From: a virus
Taxonomy: Duplodnaviria > Caudoviricetes
Direction: 5' to 3' (one strand)
IMG/VR virus record: IMGVR_UViG_3300035208_006730
Length of the DNA stretch: 64,000 bases
Part shown: positions 39,830-49,116 of the stretch, piece by piece
Layout: each line of letters opens with the position of its first letter
Position numbering within the stretch: the stretch's first letter is position 1
Translations under genes and position numbers: made by a program
The notes under the pieces: generated by a model
The model's input: the letters and a program-made list of their open reading frames with translations, nothing else
Told to the model about the DNA's origin: nothing
Databases searched by the model: none

Positions 39830-40330
39830 TCCACAGCTCAGATCATCTCTATACAGGCAGTGGGGTATCGCACCACGAGTTCTAAAAGTAATTCGTGAGA
39901 CTCCATTGCTCTGGATAGTAAGAGCAAGTGGGATTGAATTTGCTCTCAGAAAACAACCGTTGAAACGGTCCTGAGAGCCGAGCGCAGAGGACAATTGTCT
40001 CTGCAATGAGATTAACCCTCAACGAACCCAAAAGGAATCTAGAATGTTGTAGCTCCGACCTACTAGTGGGATGGATACACTAGAAAATTATTGCGGACTA
40101 CTAAATGAATTGTCATGGCAAGTTAGGCCTCCAGCGCGGAACGTTCTGCCAATCGAGACAAACCTTGCAAATAACAGCTACTGTGTAAGATCCTTGTTCT
40201 AGCCCTTGATCTACACAGAAAGACTCAAAGAGTCAGAGGTAAATCGGCCGAAGGTTAGTCGTGCTTTCCTACCAAAGCCCTAGATTTACCAAAAGAATTC
40301 AGAAGGGTTGACGCTGCAAAACCCTTCACA
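39830..40330 (+). ncRNA. Candidate large structured ncRNA (unassigned)
   Basis: About 500 nt with no credible ORF and at least 8 stems, some with G-U pairs on the plus strand. Confidence 0.6.
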
Positions 40331-40458
40331 AAGGAAAACCATGTTTAATCTCTACAAAAACGGCGAATTCAAATGCTACTAACACTCGGAGTTTCAGTTT
40401 CAGGAGTTATCCTCGGCCTAGCAATTTGCTTCATCCTCCAATATATCGAGGAATCATT

Positions 40459-41226
40459 ATGACAACTTTTAATTTCGGTTTTGGCCCAATACCCGCTCAT
40501 CAACATCCAAATGGAGGTGGTTGGGTAGCGGATACCGCGAAAGTGGATCTAACTGCTTTTGTTGGGGAAAATTGTCAAGTATCCGAAAATGCTTTGGTAT
40601 CCGGAAATGCTCAGGTATCCGGAAATGCTCGGATATCCGGAAATGCTCGGATATCCGAAGATGCTCAGGTATTTGGAAATGCTTGGGTATTCGAAAATGC
40701 TCGGATATTTGGAAATACTCGGGTATCCGAAAATGCTTTGGTATCCGGAAATGCTCAGGTATTTGGAAATGCTCAGGTATTCGAAAATGCTTGGGTATTT
40801 GGAAATGCTCGGGTATTTGGAAATGCTCAGGTATTCAAAAATGCTCGGATATCCGAAGATGCTCAGGTATCCGAAAATGCTCGGGTATCCGGAAATGCTT
40901 GGATATCCGGAGATGCTCAGGTATTTGGAAATGCTCAGGTATCCGGAAATGCTCAGGTATCCAAAAATGCTCAGGTATTCGGAAATGCTCGGGTCCTTGG
41001 TATTCTCCATTCTGGTAATTGGAAGAAATCACCGATATTTATCCAAGGTACTCGAGATTCCATTTCCCAATGTGGACTCGATACCCTTCACATCGGATGT
41101 CAATGTCATTCGATAGAAGAATGGATTCGAGAAGGAACCAATATTGGGAAACAAAACGGATATTCGGAAGAAGAAATTGAAGAATATTTGAAACACATTA
41201 AATACATCCGAAGTTGCATCAAATGA
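40459..41226 (+). CDS. Hexapeptide-repeat (left-handed beta-helix) protein, copy 1
   Basis: 23 units of (S/F)(G/E/K)(N/D)A(Q/R/W)(V/I). Confidence 0.85.
   Translation: MTTFNFGFGPIPAHQHPNGGGWVADTAKVDLTAFVGENCQVSENALVSGNAQVSGNARISGNARISEDAQVFGNAWVFENARIFGNTRVSENALVSGNAQVFGNAQVFENAWVFGNARVFGNAQVFKNARISEDAQVSENARVSGNAWISGDAQVFGNAQVSGNAQVSKNAQVFGNARVLGILHSGNWKKSPIFIQGTRDSISQCGLDTLHIGCQCHSIEEWIREGTNIGKQNGYSEEEIEEYLKHIKYIRSCIK
40579..40995 (+). repeat. 18-nt tandem repeat (about 23 units)
   Basis: Consensus GTATCCGGAAATGCTCAG. Confidence 0.95.
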
Positions 41227-41507
41227 CAAAACAAGAAGCCCAGTTTAAACATCTTCGAGACCGCATCGGCCGAAGATTCGGCATTACACTAACTCCCCAA
41301 CTTCATCAACAAATGATCGAAATGATTCAACAATCCAAAGGAAGATTCGTTGAAGCTCAATCCTCTCGAACAACAGTTTGGGATCTAAACGTCCTGGACA
41401 AAAAGATAAGAGTAGTTTACGATAAAACACGGAAGCAGATCGTTACCTGTTTGTATCCAGAGGATTCACTAGAGTATGCTTTTCTAAATACTCTTTACAG
41501 GTACTAG
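41223..41507 (+). CDS. Hypothetical protein
   Basis: H..RIGRRFG...RVVYDK..IVTCL. Confidence 0.6.
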   Translation: MTKQEAQFKHLRDRIGRRFGITLTPQLHQQMIEMIQQSKGRFVEAQSSRTTVWDLNVLDKKIRVVYDKTRKQIVTCLYPEDSLEYAFLNTLYRY

Positions 41508-42376
41508 ATGCAATTGCCGTTACCATTCATTACTGAAATAACACTGCAAAAACGCTGCACCCAACTCCTCAATTCTTGCCCATCACTCATCCTTCAAAAT
41601 AAAATCGCTGATATCATCTCAAAACCTCATCTTTACCTCTCAGGAGATAAGTCTTTACTCCTGGAGATATTAGAGATATTAAGGAAAGATATTAGTGTTC
41701 TTTTTGAATGGAAAATGGAAGAAATTGATCTTCTCATCAAAACAGCACGGAGAAAAAAATGAAGTGGATGTGGATGCAAATCCAGAATGGATCCATGTAT
41801 TGGTTCGAGAATGAAAATTCTCCACCAATCGAAGTGATACTTGAACATGAACTAGATGACGGCTGGTATCTGAACCAAGACCAAGAAATCATTCCTCTCA
41901 CAAAAGTTCCACCCCCCGCTAGGGGGTAGGGGGCTACTCAACTTCTCTGTCCTAAAGGAGATTTAAAATGAGATCCTGTCGAGAATGTAAACATTTCAAA
42001 ATGGATCTTAAAACCAGGGACACAACTTGTACTTGTCCAATACCTGTCTGGGTAGAAAATTATCTTTCACTACTTCGTTCTCTTTCTTTTCCAACTTTTT
42101 CATCTCCTCGTTCTTTACCAGAAGAAGCAAATGTAGATGAACTTTGTCCTGCATGGCATTCAGAAGATCCTCATAACAATAGTCGTACCTAGGAGAGTCC
42201 AATGAAAATAGATCTCTCAAAAACAGAACAAGAAATAATTATAGATGCTCTCTGTTCACTAATGCTTGATATCACCCGTTGTACAAATCTAGAAACATCA
42301 AAATCAAATAAAGAAATTGATCAAATAATAGCTCTTAAACAACGCATTAGCATTTTAGCTGAAGAAGAAAATTAAA

Positions 42377-42703
42377 ATGAAAAGTCATCATAAAATCCGT
42401 CACAAGATTCTGCGAGCAGATCACAATGAAGAAATAGATAACGTCGTCAGAACAATCTATCCAAATTTCTCAGAATATCTCAAAAAGAATCCTGGGATAG
42501 AAGAAATTGAACTTGAAGTAATGTTTAATCGTGATACCGTCTTTCAACAAGTTCTCAAAGGTATAGGGCACGATAACATTGACTTTGATAAATGTGAATG
42601 TAAATCTCTCAGCCCAATTGCAATGGAAGATCAGATCAGAGCAGATGAAATTCTTCAAAAATATGCATTTGACAACTTTAAAGGAGAAAACGATGAAAAA
42701 TAA
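42377..42703 (+). CDS. Hypothetical protein
   Basis: Co-oriented ORF in a dense small-gene array. Confidence 0.55.
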   Translation: MKSHHKIRHKILRADHNEEIDNVVRTIYPNFSEYLKKNPGIEEIELEVMFNRDTVFQQVLKGIGHDNIDFDKCECKSLSPIAMEDQIRADEILQKYAFDNFKGENDEK

Positions 42704-43128
42704 TAATTTAGCTATTTAGAAAATGCGCCGACAAATTGAAATTCTCAAAGAATTTGTCAAGGATTTTCGTTATCATGGTCTCAAAGCTGATCTCACTCCA
42801 ACTCGATTGGTTCGCCAAGATCTCGATCCCATTCAGCAAAGGCAAGAAGAGCTTTCTTGGTATCAAAAATACGTTCAAGATGCACAACGAAATATGATGT
42901 TTACAGCAGAACGATGTCTAATGGATTCAAATCTTTTGAGTGACGGAGAATTGAAAATGATTCAAAAAAGGAATGAAAGGGAAGAAGAATGAATCTCGCA
43001 GGCTGTACTTTCTGTATTCTCCTTGTTACAAACATCACTGGATACACTAATATTCATTGGGGATGGTTTGTTGGATTAATTATTTTGAATGGAATAATTA
43101 ATACTGGTGCAGCTCGTTTGGCAAAAAA

Positions 43129-43422
43129 ATGAAAGTCATTAACTCCAATAAGTTTCCACTTCCTGGACCAAATTATCCTCGAGCAGAACATCTAGGTACT
43201 ATTAAAGATGGTCTTCGTGAATACGTTGTCTTTCAAATCCTAGAAGGAAAGATGAAAGGAAATGTATACATAGAAGAAATAAGAGGAGTTCTCCTGGGAA
43301 ATAATATGGCAGCAAATCTCTTTTTCATAGAAGATGATAATTTAGCTATGGAATTAGAGAATTTTGCGCGGGAAAACGGAATCCTTAACCCAATCCGACA
43401 GGTAGAAATGAGAAAGAAATGA
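43129..43422 (+). CDS. Hypothetical protein
   Basis: Coupled ORF. Confidence 0.6.
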   Translation: MKVINSNKFPLPGPNYPRAEHLGTIKDGLREYVVFQILEGKMKGNVYIEEIRGVLLGNNMAANLFFIEDDNLAMELENFARENGILNPIRQVEMRKK

Positions 43423-44141
43423 AACAATGTCAAAATTGTAGGTATTATGAATTCAACCAAGATTCATTTCCTTGTTGTTATTGTGTTCGTGGTGATCGTT
43501 GGGAAATTAAAAATGACTGTCCTAGCTGTAAAAATTCCAATCTAACACCACTTCAGCATCCTTGCTCTTTGAGTGGGAAAGATTCCAACAATTGTGATCA
43601 ATGGGGACCTCAAGAAAAGGCTCAGGAGAAAAAGATGACAAAAAGCTGTGATAACTGTGAGCATAAATATAATAAGAATACACATCAATGCAATAAATGC
43701 GGCGAAAATTATAGTCAATGGGTAGAACAAAAACCAGAAAAACATAATTGTTCAAACTGTGGATTCGGTGGTACAACTTCGACCTTTCCGCCATGTTGTA
43801 GCTGTGAAAACTACAATCTCTGGAAAGCTGAAGAAGATGAACCAGAAGACTGTGTCGTTCAAGAATGTGCTTGTGAATTGACTAAGGAAGATGAACTCAA
43901 AGCTCAGGTCAAAGAGTTAATTACGAATTGTACTGATTGCGAAGGAGAAAAGATCGTTCTTCAAAATCAGATGAATGAAATAGGTGAAAGAAATCTCGAT
44001 CTTCGTAAAGAACTTGCAGAACTCAAACAAGACTACGATCAAATCCAAAAAGATCTTCACAAAGTCGAAATACTTACAGGCGAATTAATCGGCGAGAACA
44101 TCCAACTTGTTCAAATTCTGCATTGCATTGTTACGAAATAA
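43419..44141 (+). CDS. Tandem Cys-repeat (Zn-binding) protein with C-terminal coiled coil
   Basis: Four CxxC...C..C...W modules, then heptad repeats. Confidence 0.65.
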   Translation: MKQCQNCRYYEFNQDSFPCCYCVRGDRWEIKNDCPSCKNSNLTPLQHPCSLSGKDSNNCDQWGPQEKAQEKKMTKSCDNCEHKYNKNTHQCNKCGENYSQWVEQKPEKHNCSNCGFGGTTSTFPPCCSCENYNLWKAEEDEPEDCVVQECACELTKEDELKAQVKELITNCTDCEGEKIVLQNQMNEIGERNLDLRKELAELKQDYDQIQKDLHKVEILTGELIGENIQLVQILHCIVTK

Positions 44142-45081
44142 TCTCCTAGGAGAAACAATGTTAGTAACTTTATTAGTAGGTTTCCTAGGTGGTATGGCTG
44201 GTGGAATAGCGACGAAAATTTCGGAAGATATGTATTCTTCAATAATAATTGCTATTCGACAACAACCTAATGTTAAAGCTTTTTCTTCGACGCTTACTCA
44301 AAAAATTGCAAAAACTGCTGATACCTCCTGTGGGTATCTAATGAGTGGCTCGTGGAAAAAATTAGGAGAATTCAATGCTTCCTCTTAGAAATCCAAATCC
44401 TGATCTTTCGAAAGTTTTTGAATTCATAGAGAATGCTATGGATGACTTCTATTCTCGCAAAGATGTCGACATTAACATAAAGGATGTAGTCTATCGTGAA
44501 TTTATGATAGCTCTTTATGGTTCCAACGTCTTTGAGGAAATGATTAACTTTCAAATAGAATCGAGGAGATAATGAAACCAAACATTACATGGAGAGATGG
44601 AATTCCTATTTGCCAAGAAGCAGAGTGTCCGCATTTTGATGGCAAACGTTGTAGATTAACGGGATTTCAACCAAATGTAGTATGTGAGGTTATCATTTCT
44701 CATATGTTTTGTCTTCTGAAAATAAAGGGTATTACTGCAAAACGAATCGTAAAAACCAGTGTAATGGAATAGGAGAAAGAATGACTAAAGATATTCTCGA
44801 ATTTCAAGGACTTTATTGGTGAAGGACAAATAGTAGTCGGAGATACAGGAAAGCATTTGAGTCTTCAGTTTTGCGTTAATGACGAAAGCACAACATGGAG
44901 TGTTCCACATAACCTATGGAAAAAATTTCTTCAAAAAGCTTTGGAAGACTGCAAATAGTCACAGGTCCTTCATTCTATTGCCAATGTCTCAGGTGTAAAA
45001 AGAATCTTTATCATCCTGAAGATGAAGTCTTTGCAGATCTGGAAGGAGAACCCTTTAAAGCCTATTACTGCGAAGAATGTT

Positions 45082-45471
45082 CTAGAGTTTTACAACAAGA
45101 CGAGAAGCCATCTCGGGATTGATAAAGTTGCTTGAGGCAAGTATCTGCTCTGAAAGGGCAGGAATAGTTCCAGCTTTAGTCTGAAGAACTTCTGGATGAC
45201 TTGCCCAAAGAACTCTTTTTTCAACTACTCGATCCTCAAAAGGAATAGAAGGATCTTTCATTGATTCTTCCTGAATATCTCGATACTCTTTTCGAGTAAT
45301 GGGGCGAAAAATAAAAATTTCGTCATCGCCCATTCCCGAAGAAAGAACCGCTGGATAGATCTTCTTCCATTCAGCGATCTGAGTATCACTTGGATGTTCT
45401 GGGAAAGCTTGCAAGGTTGAAATTAAAAGTTCTTTAAATGTCTTTTTTTCATCTGGTTTTTCTTCTGGCAT
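45082..45471 (-). CDS. Probable tail assembly chaperone, isolated on the minus strand
   Basis: AGGAG RBS; IAEWKK...FIFRPITRKEY...GTIPALSEQIL..SNF. Confidence 0.6.
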   Translation of the reverse strand: MPEEKPDEKKTFKELLISTLQAFPEHPSDTQIAEWKKIYPAVLSSGMGDDEIFIFRPITRKEYRDIQEESMKDPSIPFEDRVVEKRVLWASHPEVLQTKAGTIPALSEQILASSNFINPEMASRLVVKL

Positions 45472-45676
45472 GTTTTATCTCCTGTTAAAGTGTCCAGAAT
45501 TAGAATAACAGAAAAGAAATAATAATGCTAGAAGAACTTCAAAAAATGATAGCAAAACTCGAGAAGAGAATTGATCTACTCGAGAAGGAGAATGAAAAGC
45601 TTAATCAGATCTTGATTCAAGAATTAGAAGAAAGTCAAAAGGATTTCAAAAAGAAATTGAAAGAGTTTGAAAAGAC

Positions 45677-45754
45677 GCGCCTGTAGCTCAGTTGGATATG
45701 AGCAATTGTTTTCTAAACAATGGGCCGCCCGTTCGAATCGGGCCAGGCGCGCCA
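45677..45754 (+). tRNA. tRNA-Arg(TCT)
   Basis: GCGCCTG/CAGGCGC acceptor; ATTGT-TTTCTAA-ACAAT anticodon arm; TTCGAAT T-loop; encoded CCA. Confidence 0.9.
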
Positions 45755-45954
45755 ATTTCAAAAAGAGAAACTAATGAATATCAAAAAGATAATTTCTGAA
45801 TTCGAAAATTGTCTCAAACATCTAAAAGAATTAGATGACGAAATAAATGAACCTAGGTGTCATACCTGCTATTTTATAGATTGTAGAGAAACTTTCGAGC
45901 GAGGACAAATTTTCCCTTGTTTTGAATGTAATCACTGGGATAAATGGAGAAAAC

Positions 45955-46251
45955 ATGAAAGTTAAATGCATTGATATGTCAGAGGTTACTGGCTTAACCT
46001 TGAATAAGGTTTATTCCGTTGAAGAGTCCGATGAATTCGATTTTCAAATAAAAAATGATCTAGGAGAACCGCTTTACTATCTTCGATCTCGCTTTGAAAT
46101 CGACCATGCTCAGGAGATTCAAGAATATCTCCAACAAAATCTTCGGATCGAGCTCAATCGATATGGTCAAACTATCAGGGTAAAGCTCGTACTCGAAGGA
46201 AGACTCCTTGCAGATTCAGAAGTAAGTCTTCCTCCCACTACATCTTATTAA
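45955..46251 (+). CDS. MKVKCI-type (SH3-like) domain protein
   Basis: GGAG RBS; N-terminal domain shared with 61505..61984. Confidence 0.65.
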   Translation: MKVKCIDMSEVTGLTLNKVYSVEESDEFDFQIKNDLGEPLYYLRSRFEIDHAQEIQEYLQQNLRIELNRYGQTIRVKLVLEGRLLADSEVSLPPTTSY

Positions 46252-46279
46252 AGTCAATTTCAGAAATTAGGAGAAACAA

Positions 46280-46417
46280 GAGCAAGACCGCAAGAATCTT
46301 CGAGACAAGATCGCCAAGCGTAGGAAACTCGAGGGTCTCATTGCAGAGAAGCAAGACGAAGCCGAAAAGGGCAAGTCTATCGAAGATCTGCGCAAAGAAC
46401 TCGAGGCTCTTGGTTAA
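46280..46417 (+). pseudogene. Start-less C-terminal gene remnant
   Basis: AGGAG RBS with no start codon, then ...IAEKQDEAEKGKSIEDLRKELEALG*. Confidence 0.45.
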
Positions 46418-46513
46418 TCGAAAAACTGATCTTCCTCGAACTCTGTATTAAAGTATTTTTTTTGAAATTTTTAGATCTGATAAAACGTCAGATCGTAACA
46501 GGGAGAAGAGCAA

Positions 46514-46897
46514 ATGAACAAAGTGATTCTGGAAGGTCATCTCGGTGCGGATCCTCAAATCAATTATTTGGACAACGGTCATACGGTCTGCAATCTTCGT
46601 TTGGCAACGAACGAATATTACTACCAAAACGGCGAACGTCGGCAACGGACTGAGTGGCATCGGATCGTTGTATTCGGTAACCAAGCCGTCGCCTGTGAAA
46701 ACCTGCACAAGGGCAGTCACGTTCTCATTGAAGATGGCCGTAATCAAACCCGGAAGTTCACTGGGAATGATGAAGTGGTTCGGTATGTCACGGAAGTCGT
46801 GGCGAATCGGATCGTCTTTTTGGATCGGCGTCCTGCGGAAAAGCCCGCTCCCGCTCCTGATCTCGAAAAGGCCATGAACGAACAACCGAATGCTTGA
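46514..46897 (+). CDS. ssb: Single-stranded DNA-binding protein
   Basis: MNKVILEGHLGADP...RTEWHRIVVFG...YVTEVVA. Confidence 0.9.
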   Translation: MNKVILEGHLGADPQINYLDNGHTVCNLRLATNEYYYQNGERRQRTEWHRIVVFGNQAVACENLHKGSHVLIEDGRNQTRKFTGNDEVVRYVTEVVANRIVFLDRRPAEKPAPAPDLEKAMNEQPNA

Positions 46898-47043
46898 GCC
46901 CGTAACTCAAGCTGGATGAATAATCCTAACAGCTAAAACCTTCTCGCACTACTCTTCAAGAAGGAAAAAGATTCAGAGACTGACCTACTCTGAATTGCCG
47001 GTGACGCTGGAAAATCCGGCTGTTTTTAAAAAAAACAGTTTAG

Positions 47044-47113
47044 GGCAGGGCTTGGCGAGGCGCGGCAGGGCAGGGCGCGGCGGGGCTAGGCATGGCGAGG
47101 CGGGGCGAGGCAA
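47044..47113 (+). repeat. (GGCNN)x14 pentamer tandem repeat
   Basis: 14 consecutive GGCNN units directly 5' of tRNA-His. Confidence 0.9.
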
Positions 47114-47122
47114 GGGTTGTAA

Positions 47123-47196
47123 CCCATCATCGTCTAATGGTAGGACGCTTGACTGTGGATCAAGAAATCTCTGTTCGATCCAGAGTGATGGGACCA
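47123..47196 (+). tRNA. tRNA-His(GTG), atypical acceptor end
   Basis: CCCATCA/TGATGGG acceptor; CTTGA-CTGTGGA-TCAAG; TTCGATC; ends A-CCA. Confidence 0.85.
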
Positions 47197-47198
47197 AA

Positions 47199-47274
47199 GC
47201 AGAAGTAGCTCAATTGGTAGAGCTCTGGCCTTCCAAGTCGGAGGTTGCGGGTTCGAGCCCCGTCTTCTGCTCCA
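47199..47274 (+). tRNA. tRNA-Gly(TCC)
   Basis: GCAGAAG/CTTCTGC acceptor; CTTCCAA anticodon loop; ends T-CCA. Confidence 0.92.
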
Positions 47275-47352
47275 ATTTTCTAGAAAGAACAGCTTTACAG
47301 ACTTGACGGTCTGAAAAGGTTACTAGTCGGTGACGCTGGAAGTCCGACGATT

Positions 47353-47700
47353 TAAAGAAAGATCTGGAAGGTAGGGCTTAAACCCCATCCTTTAAAGAGT
47401 TACGAGTGGAAGAAGATGTTTTGCAAGCGTCTTCAAGCGTCTAGACACCGCATCAAGGGCTAGCGTATAACCACAGGGAAAGGTAGCAATTTTCAGGAAA
47501 CTATATCTGGACCACGTACAAGTTGTTTCTGTCTGGATATAGCTGAGAGAAAATTAAGCCAGGATCACACTGTATGTTCGGCTTGTACGAGAGGAACGCT
47601 GAATTAAGAGTAAAGACATAATAACAGAAAGGTCTAAACTCAAGGCAGTTCAAGATCGCCCTTAGAGCATTTAGCTGATTGCACACCAGATCTTTCTTTA
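47353..47700 (+). ncRNA. Candidate structured RNA with a 23S GTPase-associated-centre-like closing domain
   Basis: 15-bp perfect closing stem; CCATCCTTTAAAGAGT; internal pseudoknot. Confidence 0.7.
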
Positions 47701-47756
47701 CTTTTCTTTTTTCTTTTGGTATTCTAGTCTTTGGATTAGAAACCAAAGGAGATAAG

Positions 47757-48113
47757 ATGAAAGTGAAAGTTAATCAGATCCTCGATAGCCAACCAACAAT
47801 CAATAAACTTCTTCAAACTGAAATGGCTCCTCGTCCCGCATTTCTCTTGATGAGATTAGCAAGAGAGATCGATACTGAGTTAAAGTCGTTTCAAAAGATC
47901 AGAAATGATCTAATTAAAAAGTACGGAGAAGAGCTTCCTGACAAATCAATTAAAGTCAAAGATGAGAATTTCAAACAGTTTGAGGCCGAGATCAACCCTT
48001 TACTTCAAACGGAAGTAGACATTAAAGCAGATCTAATCAACCTTTCTGACCTGGAAGGGATCAAGATAACTCCTATCGAAATCAATTCAATTTTTGTTTT
48101 CCTCGCCGAATAA
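47757..48113 (+). CDS. Conserved phage protein (LIKKYGE motif)
   Basis: AAGGAG RBS; ATG 47757. Confidence 0.7.
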   Translation: MKVKVNQILDSQPTINKLLQTEMAPRPAFLLMRLAREIDTELKSFQKIRNDLIKKYGEELPDKSIKVKDENFKQFEAEINPLLQTEVDIKADLINLSDLEGIKITPIEINSIFVFLAE

Positions 48114-48135
48114 ATTCAACTACATAGGTGACTAA

Positions 48136-48477
48136 ATGGACGATGGAAATCACTTCGATTTTTCCGCGCATCAGCACCAATCTAACGACTCAAATGGAAT
48201 GGAAAATATTGTTCATGGAACAGTTAAAGGAGATATTAAGACTTTAATTCCTGAAGATATTGCTCCTGGGACTATGCCCGCGAAAGTTTGGTGGGAAAAA
48301 GTTGAGTGTATGGCTAAAGAGCATGGAATGTATGCAGGCAAATTACTCAAAGCAGGCCCAGGAGAAAATCAAGGTGACTTTCAAATGCTTCATGATAAAT
48401 TAATAGTCACTCGAGGATTTGATCATTTCATGGCTACTAAAATAGCAGCAGCTGTAAAGAATAGGATCTACGGATGA
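48136..48477 (+). CDS. Hypothetical protein
   Basis: AGGTG RBS. Confidence 0.6.
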   Translation: MDDGNHFDFSAHQHQSNDSNGMENIVHGTVKGDIKTLIPEDIAPGTMPAKVWWEKVECMAKEHGMYAGKLLKAGPGENQGDFQMLHDKLIVTRGFDHFMATKIAAAVKNRIYG

Positions 48478-48792
48478 AAGTTTTTAAAACCTAAAGATGA
48501 TCGGAAAAAGTAAAATAATCTGACTTCTTTAATCCCGACCAAATCCTGATATTCTCCTCCGTCTAGAGCAAGTTAACGCTCTAAAGAACAATCCCTGAAA
48601 TCAAGTCTTAAAGTTTTAGGAGTCATTAATGATTACTACTATCTTAAGTATAGCTTTGTCTGGTCTAACAATTATTGGATATGGGACAATGCTTTGTTTT
48701 GGTTTTTGGATTGGACGTCACATTACAAATAAAATCGACGAAATGGTCCTTCTCGCAGATCCAAACGTAGCAAAGATTTTAGGAGTTATCTA

Positions 48793-49107
48793 ATGAGACT
48801 CAACATTGATGATCCTCATCATATTTTTCATGCTGTCGAACTAACTCATCTTCTTCATGGAATCGAACATCTGTTTGTCTATGGCAAGAACCAAATACGC
48901 TTAACTTTCAGAAAAGTCCATGAAGATTTTATCGAATTCAAATTCGCAACCAATCTTGATGAAGAAGCAGAAGTTTGTCTTTCAAGGGATACTCATGAAT
49001 ACTTTATGTATGCTCCATTCTGCGAGAAAGCAAACGTAATTGACTTCATCTTTATTTCTAGAGAGATGTTTTTGAAAGAAACTTCTATCGAACGAAAAGA
49101 CTTTTAG
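48793..49107 (+). CDS. Hypothetical protein
   Basis: AGGAG RBS. Confidence 0.6.
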   Translation: MRLNIDDPHHIFHAVELTHLLHGIEHLFVYGKNQIRLTFRKVHEDFIEFKFATNLDEEAEVCLSRDTHEYFMYAPFCEKANVIDFIFISREMFLKETSIERKDF

Positions 49108-49116
49108 GAGGCTCTA

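Noticed and set aside
40579-40995. 18-nt repeats as a CRISPR array
   Set aside because: There are no spacers, and the repeat is coding.
40521-41116. Alternative-frame and antisense repeat ORFs (IRKCSG, YPEML, YLSIS), also at 56356-56863
   Set aside because: They are shadows of the stop-free 18-nt repeat; only the hexapeptide frame has an RBS and conserved flanks.
40459-41226. Duplicated gene as a DGR template/variable pair
   Set aside because: No reverse transcriptase in the window, and the differences are unit shuffles rather than adenine-specific substitutions.
45677-45754. Amber suppressor tRNA (CTA appears in the loop) and stop-codon recoding
   Set aside because: Stem register gives the anticodon TCT, and genes are intact under the standard code with TAG used as a stop.
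46896-46950. tRNA-like 5' start GAGCCCGTAACTCAAG
   Set aside because: No anticodon stem, T-arm or matching acceptor strand.
46985-47306. ORFs across the GGCNN repeat and tRNAs
   Set aside because: Spurious translations of RNA genes and a low-complexity repeat.
47385-47400. A genuine 23S rRNA gene fragment
   Set aside because: Similarity is confined to the GAC-like core and the flanks are not rRNA; treated as a mimic instead.
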